This document shows, in pieces, positions 33,063-44,878 of a stretch of 64,000 bases of DNA. A program made the position numbers and the translations under genes. The stretch is taken from contig JAXLYE010000001.1 in NCBI GenBank assembly GCA_046351595.1, positions 455,955 to 519,954 on the forward strand, written 5' to 3'. How positions within the stretch are numbered: position 1 is the first letter of the stretch; each line of letters begins with the position of its first letter. Source of the DNA: Polyangia bacterium (GTDB lineage: Bacteria > Myxococcota_A > Polyangia > Palsa-1104 > JAEUJZ01). Under the pieces are notes generated by a model, which had not been told where the DNA came from, made no database searches, and saw nothing but the letters and a program-made list of their open reading frames with translations.

Positions 33063-35014
33063 GTGACCGTCACCGGCGACGCGACGGCGGGCCTCTCCCT
33101 CAGCGCGCGCGCCAAGCGCGTCCCGGCGCGCCCCGAGATCGTGTCGCTCGAGCTGTTCTTCGAGAACCGCGGCACCGACGCGCTGCGCGACGTGCGCGCC
33201 CGCCTCGAGGTCGCCGCCGGCACGGCCCTGTACGACGTCACCAACGATCCGTTTGCCGAGGCCACCGCCGAGCGCAGCTGCGCGTCGGCGGCATCGGCCC
33301 CGAGGGCATCAGCCGCCTGGCCATCGGGCTGCCGGCCGCGACGCCGCTGCACGAGCTGAAGCTCGAGCTCACTGCGACGACCACGCGCCGCGTCTCGACC
33401 GCCTCGGCGCCGCTGGCCATGGCGCCCGACGGCAGCGAGGTGTGGGCGGCGGTCCCGGACGGCGATCGCGTCGGCGTGATCAGCACCGCGACGGACACGC
33501 TCGCCGCCGCGCTACCGCTCCCCGGCCGCCCCAGCAGCGTCGCCATCACCGCCGACGGCCGGCTGGTCGTGGTGGCCAGCCCGCAGGCCAACCAGGTGAC
33601 GGTCCTGCGCCGCGACACCCGCGAGGTCGTGCAGACCCTGGGCGAGTCCGACGGCATCGGCCGCGAGCCGCGCCACGTCGTGCTCAGCCCCGACGGCAGC
33701 CGCCTGTTCGTCAGCGCCTACGTCGGCGACACCGTCACCGCCTTCACCCGCAGCGGCCTGCGCTTCGGCGCCCCGAGCGCGGTCGCGGTCGGCCGGCGCC
33801 CGGTCGGCATGGCCGTCGCGCCCGACGGTCAGACGCTGCTGGTCAGCCACTACCTGCCGCGCGGCACCACCACCCGCAACGAGGGCTTCCTGTCGGTGCT
33901 GTCCACCAGCCCGTTCGCCAGGACGCGCGAGGTGACGATCAACGACCCGCTCAACCTCGACACCGCGCACGGCCTGTCGGATCTGTTCATGCTGCCGCCG
34001 GCGCTGTTCACGACCGACGGCGTGCCGTCGCAGCTCGCCGGCGTCTTCCTCGATCCGGGCGGCAGCCGCGGCATCGTGCCCGGCCTGTGCGCGGCCACGG
34101 GCGCGATCTTCGAGCGCGGCCCCAAGGCCGTCAGCATGTCGAACCTGGTCAACCCGCGGCCCGGCGAGTTCACCGCCGCGTTCCTGTTCTACCTCGACAC
34201 CCGCGAGCCCGCGGCCACCGAGCGCATGCTGGCGCGCGCGATGGTCGAGCGCCCGGTCGACACGCGCTACACCAAGTGCGTACGGTTCGGCGAAAAGAGC
34301 GAGGCCACCGAGCAGCAGCCGATCCCCGGCAAGCCGGATCAGGTGGTCCCGCGCTTCCCCGCCTTCCCCGGCGGCGTGAACGACCTGTCCGGCACCGGCA
34401 TCCGCCGCTTCGTCGGCTACTCGCGCGGCGGCCGGCTGGCGCTCACGCTCGCGTACAACTCCGACGAGATCTCGGTCGTGGACGCGGTCACGCACCACGC
34501 GGCGGCGGTGCACGGCTTCCTGCTCAAGGGCTCAAACCCCACCGGCATCGTCCTGTCTTCCGACGGGCGGCGCGGCTACGTCAGCTACGCCAACTCGCTG
34601 TTCGTCTCGGTCCTCGACCTGTCCGCGTACGCCGAGCCGCTGCCGCGCCCGAGCTTCGTGCCCTACGAGTACCGCGAGGTGCCGGAGCTGCCCGCGCCCG
34701 GGCTGCCCGGCGCGCCGAACAAGCAGCCCGTCCGCTACCTCGAGGCCGAGATCATCTCCAAGCTGCGCGGCGATCGCGACCTCGGCGCCGCGGATCCGCT
34801 GCAGACCCTCCTCGACTTCCGCCCGCGCCCGGATCGCAAGCGCGGCCTGGTCAAGGCGCCGAGCCTGGTCAACGTCTGGGACAACGTCGTCTTCTTCCAC
34901 GACGGCCGCTTCGACAAGCTCGAGGACGTCGTGCGCTTCATGAGCGCGCTGGTGCCGGCCGGCGTCAGCGCCGAGGATCAGCGCGCGATCGTCGAGTACC
35001 TGAAGACGCTGTAG
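33063..35014 (+). CDS. Ig-like + YVTN-type beta-propeller protein with a heme-less cytochrome-c-peroxidase-like tail (apparent 1-nt frame break near 33272)
   Basis: The first ~70 codons use the 33063 frame (VTVTGDATAGLSLSA...NDPFAEATAE). Coding then continues in the 31499 track frame (QLRVGGIGPEGISRLAIGL...). YVTN-like blades are PDGSEVWAAV, TADGRLVVVAS, SPDGSRLFVSA and APDGQTLLVSH. The tail reads KAPSLVNVWDNVVFFHDGRFDKLEDVVRFM...AIVEYLKTL. The first in-frame ATG of the second frame is 33419. Confidence 0.7.
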
Positions 35015-35083
35015 CGCGCCGCGGCGGGCCTCCTGGGGCCCTGTTCGCGCGCTGCTTGCGTGTCCGCCTGCGCTGCCCTGAAA

Positions 35084-35101
35084 TCCTGAACCTGTTCAGG
35101 A
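35084..35101 (+). terminator. hairpin TCCTGAA-cctg-TTCAGGA followed by aTCTTTT; second copy of the 4394 element
   Basis: Lies 70 nt downstream of the stop at 35014. It shares the AAAyCCTGAACCkGTTCAGGA core with 4391-4410. Confidence 0.5.
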
Positions 35102-35213
35102 ATCTTTTCCCGCCTGATCCCGCTGACCGAATTTGTCATCCCGCCTGGCCGATCCGGCGCTGGGCCGCGGCGTGCCGTCCTGTCACGCTGGCAGCACGTA
35201 CGAAGGAGGGATC

Positions 35214-36407
35214 ATGGCTCGGACCCGGACCCTGGCTGTGCTCGCACTGTGCGGGCTCGTGTTCGCGGGCGGCGATCGCGGCACGGCCTCCGCCGACCTG
35301 TTCAAGAAGGCCGGCAAGTCGATCGAGAAGGGGGCCAACAAGGCCGCCGACAAAGGCAAGGACGCCGCCGACAAGGGCAAAGACGCCGTCGACAAGGGCG
35401 TCGACAAGGGCAAGGACCTGGTCGACGACGGCGTCGACAAGGGCAAGGGCGCGCTCGACCAGGGCAAGGACCTGGCGCGCGACCTTGTGGGCAGCGGCAA
35501 CAAGGAGCTGCGGGAGCTCGAGAAGACCGCGCAGAAGACCTACGCCGGCTCGGTGAGCAGCCTGGAGAAGGCGTACAAGGACGCCGAGGCGCAGGCGATG
35601 AAGGTGCTGACCGCGGCGCAGCAGGCCGCGTACCAGGCCGCGGCCAAGGCCTTCTTCAGCGAGAACAAGGAGGCGATCCAGGAGATCTCCGCGCGCTGGA
35701 TCGAGCTCATGAAGGACAAGGGCTTCGCCGAGCGCGTGAACCGCGTGCTCAAGCAGGCCGCCGAGCGCAAGATCGACGAGCGCTCGCGCGAGGACCTGCA
35801 GGCCATCACCCGCGAGCTGCTCGGCGAGTACGAAGAGCCCGAGCCGGCGAGCAAGACCGGGCTGCTCGAGCTCAAGCCGAAGCTCGATGTCGAGCAGGCG
35901 GTCGCGGAGCATGCCGCGCGCACCGACCCCGCGTACACGCCGGTCGGCGCCAGCAGCGACGGTAGCGGCCGGCCCAGGAAGGTCAAGTGGCTGCGCTCGT
36001 TCACGCTGACCATGACGTTCACCGCGGGCTTCGGCAGCACCGGCCTGGAGGCCGCGGTCGGCATGTCCGTCGATCTGTACCGGCGCAACGGCCGCAAGTA
36101 CGTCGACTGCAAGCTGATCGCCGAGGCCGGGCCGCTGTTCGGCATCGCCCAGGGCGCGCAGGCCGGCATCGCGTTCGGGCTGTGGCCGACGTGGACCGAT
36201 GACGCACCGGGCGCGCAGTTCGGGCTCTACGGCGGCGTCGCCAAGGCGCAGTACGGCCTGCAGGCCACGGTCATCTGGAACTTCACCGACACCTGGAGCG
36301 TCCACGCCAGCCCCGGCTTCACCGTCGCCTACGCGCCCGGCGAGGGCAACGAGCTCGGCATCGAGCTCGGCTGGACCTCGGACATGGGCCCCTCGACCTG
36401 GCGCTAG
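35214..36407 (+). CDS. secreted hypothetical protein: KGKD heptad repeats + helical region + Gly/aromatic beta-rich C-terminal domain
   Basis: ATG 35214 follows GGAGG. The signal peptide is MARTRTLAVLALCGLVFAGG. Repeats read DKGKDAA DKGKDAV DKGVDKGKDLV. The C-terminus reads FTLTMTFTAGFGSTGLEAAVGMSVDLY...GIELGWTSD. Confidence 0.75.
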   Translation: MARTRTLAVLALCGLVFAGGDRGTASADLFKKAGKSIEKGANKAADKGKDAADKGKDAVDKGVDKGKDLVDDGVDKGKGALDQGKDLARDLVGSGNKELRELEKTAQKTYAGSVSSLEKAYKDAEAQAMKVLTAAQQAAYQAAAKAFFSENKEAIQEISARWIELMKDKGFAERVNRVLKQAAERKIDERSREDLQAITRELLGEYEEPEPASKTGLLELKPKLDVEQAVAEHAARTDPAYTPVGASSDGSGRPRKVKWLRSFTLTMTFTAGFGSTGLEAAVGMSVDLYRRNGRKYVDCKLIAEAGPLFGIAQGAQAGIAFGLWPTWTDDAPGAQFGLYGGVAKAQYGLQATVIWNFTDTWSVHASPGFTVAYAPGEGNELGIELGWTSDMGPSTWR

Positions 36408-36585
36408 CGCGCGTTGACGGCCCCCACCGCGTTCATGCGATAGTCGATCCATCCCTCGGAATCCGTCCCATCGCGCGGCGCGCTCCCCCGGGACCGCTGC
36501 TGTAGGCGCGACGCCGCCGCTGTCTCCCGCCCAGGCGCAGTCTGCGCTGCGTGCGCTGCGCCCGCTCATCGGCCACCTGCGCAGC

Positions 36586-37584
36586 GTGGGTCGGGACCCG
36601 GCGGTGTTCCTGCGCGAGCTCGGGATCGATCCAGCGAACCTTCTGGACTCGCGCGCGCGCATCCCCTTCCCGCTGCTGCTCGACGCCTGGCGCCGCGCCG
36701 AGGCGGTGCTCGACGATCCGAGCCTGGGCCTGCACATCATCGCCGGCACCGAGCTGCGGCCGATGGAGCGCCTGCAGCACGAGTCCGAGTGGGTCGTCCT
36801 GCAGCTCTTCGTCGTCAGCGCCACCGTGGGCGAGGGGCTGCAGCGCTTCGCGCGCTTCTTCCCCGTCGGGTTCTACGGCTCCGAGCTCGTGCTCGAGCGC
36901 AGCGAGGCGGAGCGCGCGCTGCACATCCGGCACGTGGTCCCCTTCGGCGGCGAGCTGCCGCGCAGCTTCTCGGAGTTCATCCTCGGGCTGGTGATCCGCA
37001 TGCTGCAGGAGTTCCCGGTGCAGCCGGTGCGCGCGCGCGAGCTCCGCCTGCGCCACGCCGCGCCGCCGTCGCCGCCGTCGCCTACGGAGCACGAGCGGAT
37101 CCTCGGCACGCAGGTGACGTTCGGTGCGCCCGAGAGCTCGGTCCGGATCGATGCGTCCGAGCTCGCGACCGCGCTGCGCGTGCCCAACCCGACCCTGGCC
37201 GCGAGCCTTACTCACATCGCCGGCGAGCAGCTGGCGAGCCTGGCGCCGACGGAGTCGCTGGTCGAGAAGGTGCAGGCGCTGCTCGTCGCCGAGCTGCCCG
37301 CCGGCAACCCCGGCGCCGAGCGGATCGCCGAGGCGCTGCAGCTGTCGGTGCGCACGCTGGCGCGCCGGCTCGCGCAGCAGGGCACGTCGCACCAGGCGCT
37401 GCTCGACGAGGTGCGCGCCCGCCTCGCCCGGCGCTACCTGCAGGAGGAGCGGCGCCCGGTGAGCGAGGTCGCCGAGCTCTTGGGCTTCGCCGAGCCGAGC
37501 ACGTTCCACCGCGCCTTCAAGCGCTGGTACGGCGTCTCGCCCACGAGCTTCCGCGACAAGGGCTCGTCGCCCGAGCGTCGTTAG
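36586..37584 (+). CDS. AraC-family transcriptional regulator
   Basis: The C-terminal HTH reads VSEVAELLGFAEPSTFHRAFKRWYGVSPTSFR. The first canonical start is GTG 36586, although the frame stays open and protein-like (SALRALRPLIGHLRS) upstream of it. Confidence 0.85.
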   Translation: MGRDPAVFLRELGIDPANLLDSRARIPFPLLLDAWRRAEAVLDDPSLGLHIIAGTELRPMERLQHESEWVVLQLFVVSATVGEGLQRFARFFPVGFYGSELVLERSEAERALHIRHVVPFGGELPRSFSEFILGLVIRMLQEFPVQPVRARELRLRHAAPPSPPSPTEHERILGTQVTFGAPESSVRIDASELATALRVPNPTLAASLTHIAGEQLASLAPTESLVEKVQALLVAELPAGNPGAERIAEALQLSVRTLARRLAQQGTSHQALLDEVRARLARRYLQEERRPVSEVAELLGFAEPSTFHRAFKRWYGVSPTSFRDKGSSPERR

Positions 37585-37590
37585 TCGTCG

Positions 37591-40614
<3,024 letters not shown>

Positions 40615-40737
40615 CGCTCTGCGAACATAGCAGAGAAGGGTCGGCGTGCTTTTTCCCTCTGATATAGTTCCCGCCGTCCGTCGGGCCCCGGGCCCGCCCG
40701 CCTCGGGCCGCCCCCGAAGGGACCGCAGAGGGCCGCC

Positions 40738-41952
40738 ATGTCAGACGAGGACGAGATCGCACAGGAGCACGACGCACCGCCGCTGCCCGCCGACGGGTCG
40801 GGGGCCCAGCCCGCGCACCCCGGGCCTGCCGCGCACGCAGACCGCCCGGGCGAGCGGACGCCGCTCGTGCACAGCCTGTCGCGCGGCCGCTTCTCGGTGG
40901 TGCGGCCGACGGCGCAGTGGTACGTGGTGGCGGAGTCGCACGAGCTGCCGTCACGGCCGGGCGCGGGGCCGCTTGCGCGCACCCTGCTCGGCCTGCCGCT
41001 GGTGCTGTTCCGCGACGGCGAGGGCCGGGCCGCGGCGCTGCTCGATCGCTGCCCGCACCGCAACGTGCCGCTGTCGCTCGGCGAGGTCGTCGAGGGCCAG
41101 CTGCAGTGCGCCTACCACGGCTGGCGCTTCGACGGCGGCGGCACCTGCCGCTTCATCCCGTCGCGGCGCGGTGACAGCGCGGCGCGGGCGCGCAACGCGC
41201 TCAGCTACCCGGTGCGCGAGCTCGACGGCTTCATCTGGGTCTACCCGACGCCGGGCGCCGAGCCGAAGGAGGAGCCCTACCGCTTCCGCCTGCTCGATGC
41301 GCCGGGCTACACCGTCGTGCGCCGCATCGTCGAGGCGCCGGGCACGCTGCACGCGACGCTGGAGAACGCGCTCGACGTGCCGCACACGCAGTTCCTGCAC
41401 CGCGGCCTGTTCCGATCCAAGAGCCGCGACATCGCCATCACCGCCGTGGTCCGCCGCCGCGCCGACCGCGTCGAGGCCGAGTACATCGGCGAGCCGCGCC
41501 CGCCCGGCCTCGTCGGCCGCATCCTGTCGCCCTCGGGCGGCCTGGTCACGCACTTCGATCGCTTCCTTCTGCCCTGCGTCGCCGAGGTCGAGTACCGCAT
41601 CGGCACCGAGAACCACATCCTGGTGATGGCCGCGATGACGCCGGTCGACGACTTCGTTACGCGCATCCACGCGGTCGTCGCCTTCCGCATGCGCATCCCG
41701 GGGTTCCTGCTGCGGCCGTTCCTCTTGCCGATCGCGCTGAAGATCTTCTCGCAGGACGCGGCGATCCTCGCCAAGCAGACCGAGACCACGCGGCGCTTCG
41801 GCGGCGAGCAGTTCGCTTCGACGGAGATCGACGTGCTGGGCAAGCACATCTGGCGGCTCCTGCGCGCGGCCGAGCGCGGCGACGTCGCAGCCCCGGCCGG
41901 CGATGCGGGGCTGCCGGTGCTCCACGAGGAGCGGATCGAGCTCGTGGTGTGA
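40738..41952 (+). CDS. Rieske [2Fe-2S] non-heme iron oxygenase (PaO/Tic55-like)
   Basis: The Rieske motif is CPHRNVPLS...CAYHGWRF, followed by a catalytic-domain-like C-terminus. Confidence 0.85.
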   Translation: MSDEDEIAQEHDAPPLPADGSGAQPAHPGPAAHADRPGERTPLVHSLSRGRFSVVRPTAQWYVVAESHELPSRPGAGPLARTLLGLPLVLFRDGEGRAAALLDRCPHRNVPLSLGEVVEGQLQCAYHGWRFDGGGTCRFIPSRRGDSAARARNALSYPVRELDGFIWVYPTPGAEPKEEPYRFRLLDAPGYTVVRRIVEAPGTLHATLENALDVPHTQFLHRGLFRSKSRDIAITAVVRRRADRVEAEYIGEPRPPGLVGRILSPSGGLVTHFDRFLLPCVAEVEYRIGTENHILVMAAMTPVDDFVTRIHAVVAFRMRIPGFLLRPFLLPIALKIFSQDAAILAKQTETTRRFGGEQFASTEIDVLGKHIWRLLRAAERGDVAAPAGDAGLPVLHEERIELVV

Positions 41953-41967
41953 GCAGCGGCGGGCCGG

Positions 41968-42714
41968 ATGCATCGGGCGGGTGCAGCCGCGGCGGGACTG
42001 GGTGATAAACAAGGGATGGATCAGATGACGGCGCGTAGATTCGTCAGGGTGCTCGGCGGGCTGTCGCTGCTGCTCGTGGGCGCCGGACCCGGCGGTGTGG
42101 GTGCAGCGGTGGCCGACGACAAGCCGGACAAGCCGGCACCGGCGCACGACTTCGTCGAGGTGACGACCGTGGCGCCCGGGATCCGCGTCGAGCTGCGCTA
42201 CGCCACGACGAACAACTTCATGAAGCGCGCGGTGTACCCGGCGAGCGCGCGCTGCTACCTGCGGGCGCCCGTCGCGGCGCGGCTGGCCACAGTGCAGCGT
42301 AGCCTGGAGGCGGCGGGCCTGGGCCTCAAGGTCTATGACTGCTACCGCCCGCGGCCGGTGCAGAAGCTGCTCTGGGACATCACGCCCGACGAGCGCTACG
42401 TGGCGCCGCCGAGCAAGGGCTCGCGCCACAACCGCGGCGCCGCCGTCGACCTGACGCTGGTCGATGCGCAGGGCCGCGAGCTGCCGATGCCGACGGAGTA
42501 TGACGCCTTCTCGGTCAAGGCGCACCGCAGCTACGGCGACCTGCCGGCCGAGCAGAAGCAGAACCGGGCGCGCCTGGAGGACGCCATGAAGGCCGCGGGC
42601 TTCGTGCCGCTGTCGACGGAGTGGTGGCACTTTGACGACCCGGACTCGGGCCGCTACCCGCTGGCCGAGATCGGGTTCGACGAGCTCCTGCGCGCCCGCG
42701 CCGCGCCGAAGTGA
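41968..42714 (+). CDS. D-Ala-D-Ala dipeptidase, VanX/DdpX family (M15D), secreted
   Basis: Motifs are YDCYRP, SRHNRGAAVDLTL and EWWHFD. A signal-like MTARRFVRVLGGLSLLLVGAG suggests the start may be 42016 or 42025. Confidence 0.85.
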   Translation: MHRAGAAAAGLGDKQGMDQMTARRFVRVLGGLSLLLVGAGPGGVGAAVADDKPDKPAPAHDFVEVTTVAPGIRVELRYATTNNFMKRAVYPASARCYLRAPVAARLATVQRSLEAAGLGLKVYDCYRPRPVQKLLWDITPDERYVAPPSKGSRHNRGAAVDLTLVDAQGRELPMPTEYDAFSVKAHRSYGDLPAEQKQNRARLEDAMKAAGFVPLSTEWWHFDDPDSGRYPLAEIGFDELLRARAAPK

Positions 42715-42806
42715 AGCCCTGCGCCCGCCCCGGCCGCGCCGGTCGAACGGCGGCTGCGCGACGGTGAATTGACGCGCGCGGGGTCGGCGGCAGATAGTCC
42801 GCAACC

Positions 42807-43898
42807 ATGTCGATCCCGTCCCCTCGTGTCGCGCGGTCCTCTCTCGCCGTGTCCTCTCTCGCTGGCCTGCTGCTCGCGGTCCTCTCGCTCGGGCTGAGCG
42901 CCTGCAGCAGCCCGTGCGCCGTCGGCAGCCGCGGCTGCGCCTGCACCGGCGGCGGCGCCTGTGACCCAGGCCTTCTGTGCGGCGCCGACCTGCGCTGCGC
43001 GCCCCTCGGCTGCGCCTGCGACAGCACGCCCGCCTGCAGCCCCGCCTGCGCCTGCGACGCGGACTGCGGCGGCGCCGACCTGGCGATGTCGCTCGGTGAC
43101 GGCGGCGGCGGCGGTGTCGACGGTGGCGGCGGCGGCGCCCGGGACCTGAGCACGCCCGCGGATCTCGCGCGCCCGCCGGCCGCGGCCTGCACCCTGCCGA
43201 TCGAGGGCTGCTTCCAGACCTGCATCACCGCCAAGACCAGCACCGGCTCGTGCGTCGCCACCTGCGGCGTCGGCAACGGCGTCGGCTGCTACGCCGTGTG
43301 CACCGCCAACGGCGACAGCCTGGGCACCTGCAAGAGCTACTGCGGCGTGCCCAACGCCGCCGCCGAGCGCGCCTGCTACGTGCACGGCGCCACGCGCGGC
43401 GACAGCGTCGGCACCAGCAAGAGCTACTGCGGCCTGACCAGCGACTGCGGTGAGGACGGCTGCGCCCAGGTCTGCCTGGCGCGCAAGGACAGCACCGGCA
43501 CGTGCAAGAGCTACTGCGACTTCAAGACGCCGCTCGGCCACGCCGCCTGCTACGCCGTCTGCGCCGCGCGCGGCGACAGCCCCGGCACCTGCACCAGCTA
43601 CTGCGGCACCGACAGCGCCTGCGCGCAGCGCGCCTGCTACGACGCCTGCGCCCAGCACGGCGACGGCCCCGGCACCTGCACCAGCTACTGCACGCTCAAG
43701 ACGGCGTGCGCGCAGGTCGGCTGCTACGACGCCTGCAACCGCCACGGCGACAGCCCCAGCACCTGCAAGAGCTACTGCGGCCTGTCGGACACGCCGTGCA
43801 GCGAGTGCGGCGCCACCGAGACCCCGCGCGCCGCCTGCTACCGCGTCTGCGCGGCCCGCGGCAGCTCGCCGAGCACCTGCAAGTCGATCTGCGGCTGA
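42807..43898 (+). CDS. Cys-rich lipoprotein with ~8 tandem twin-Cx3C units
   Basis: The lipobox is LSLGLSACSS, followed by an N-terminal Cys-rich region. From ~43206 come repeats of consensus CYxxC-x3-GDSxGTC-xSYC with a period of ~28-36 aa (87-105 nt). Confidence 0.8.
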   Translation: MSIPSPRVARSSLAVSSLAGLLLAVLSLGLSACSSPCAVGSRGCACTGGGACDPGLLCGADLRCAPLGCACDSTPACSPACACDADCGGADLAMSLGDGGGGGVDGGGGGARDLSTPADLARPPAAACTLPIEGCFQTCITAKTSTGSCVATCGVGNGVGCYAVCTANGDSLGTCKSYCGVPNAAAERACYVHGATRGDSVGTSKSYCGLTSDCGEDGCAQVCLARKDSTGTCKSYCDFKTPLGHAACYAVCAARGDSPGTCTSYCGTDSACAQRACYDACAQHGDGPGTCTSYCTLKTACAQVGCYDACNRHGDSPSTCKSYCGLSDTPCSECGATETPRAACYRVCAARGSSPSTCKSICG

Positions 43899-44224
43899 GC
43901 GCGGCGGGGCGGGAGCGGAGACGCGGCGGGCGCGGGCGGCGGCTCGCCGTTTTGACCTGCCGGACGGGCAAAAAGCGTTAATTGCTTATTTAAGTATCCG
44001 GGTCATATGCCCTTAAAATTCGGTCCAGCCCGGTACTCGATTGGCCGATAGACCGCCGCCCCGCACAGAGGACCAGGCTGCCCGCCTCGGCATATCGGAG
44101 ATTCCCCGAGTCCAGCAGGCAAAAATTGGTTGAATCGATTTGCCGATTCATACCCCGAAGAATATCGACGTAGGGACTGGTGCCGCGCCCTGGAATCGAA
44201 TACAAGGGTCGCGGAGGTAACCCC

Positions 44225-44848
44225 ATGTCGATCAAGTTCTATTACGCGCCCCGGTCCAACGCCAGCCGCATCCACTGGACGCTCGAGGAGCTCGGCGTCC
44301 CCTACGAGAAGGTCCGCATCGACCTGCGCGCCGGCGATCAGCGGAAGCCGGAGTTTCTGGCGCTCAACCCGAACGGCAAGGTGCCGACGCTGGTCCTCGA
44401 CGGCACGCCGCTGTTCGAGTCGGTCGCCATCCAGATCGCACTCGGCGAGCGCTTCGGCGTCGATAAGGGGCTGTGGCCGGCGCCCGGCTCGGCCGAGCAC
44501 CACCAGGCGCTCAGCTGGATCGTCTGGGGCCAGGTCACCTTCGGCGCCGCGCTGTTCCGCCGGCTGATGAACACCAGCGACTGGTACCCCAAGGACTCGC
44601 ACAACGCCCCGCAGGCCGAGGACGCGCTCAAGGAGATGCACCACTGCCTCGGCATCCTCAACGCCCGGCTCGACGACCGGCACTACCTGACCGGGCCGCG
44701 CTTCACGCTGGCGGACCTCGATCTGGCGTCGGTGCTGTCGTGGGGCCTGCACGCCACCGGCGTCGATCTGTCGCAGTACCCCAACGTCAAGGCCTGGCAC
44801 GATCGCTGTGTCCAGCGCCCTTCGATGAAGGTCCTGGCCGACGAGTGA
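44225..44848 (+). CDS. glutathione S-transferase
   Basis: ATG 44225 follows GGAGG. The protein opens MSIKFYYAPRSNASRIHWTLEELG, and NPNGKVPTL and ESVAI are present. Confidence 0.9.
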   Translation: MSIKFYYAPRSNASRIHWTLEELGVPYEKVRIDLRAGDQRKPEFLALNPNGKVPTLVLDGTPLFESVAIQIALGERFGVDKGLWPAPGSAEHHQALSWIVWGQVTFGAALFRRLMNTSDWYPKDSHNAPQAEDALKEMHHCLGILNARLDDRHYLTGPRFTLADLDLASVLSWGLHATGVDLSQYPNVKAWHDRCVQRPSMKVLADE

Positions 44849-44878
44849 GCCGCGCCGCGCGCCCGGCCGGCGCCCCCG

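Noticed and set aside
40951-42804. 617-aa - strand ORF.
   Set aside because: It is antisense to the Rieske oxygenase and VanX-like genes.
43899-44224. AT-richer 325-bp gap upstream of the GST gene, considered as a mobile-element remnant or ncRNA.
   Set aside because: I found no inverted or direct terminal repeats, no ORF fragments and no convincing structure. It is most simply a promoter region; TTGACC at 43952 lacks a well-spaced -10.
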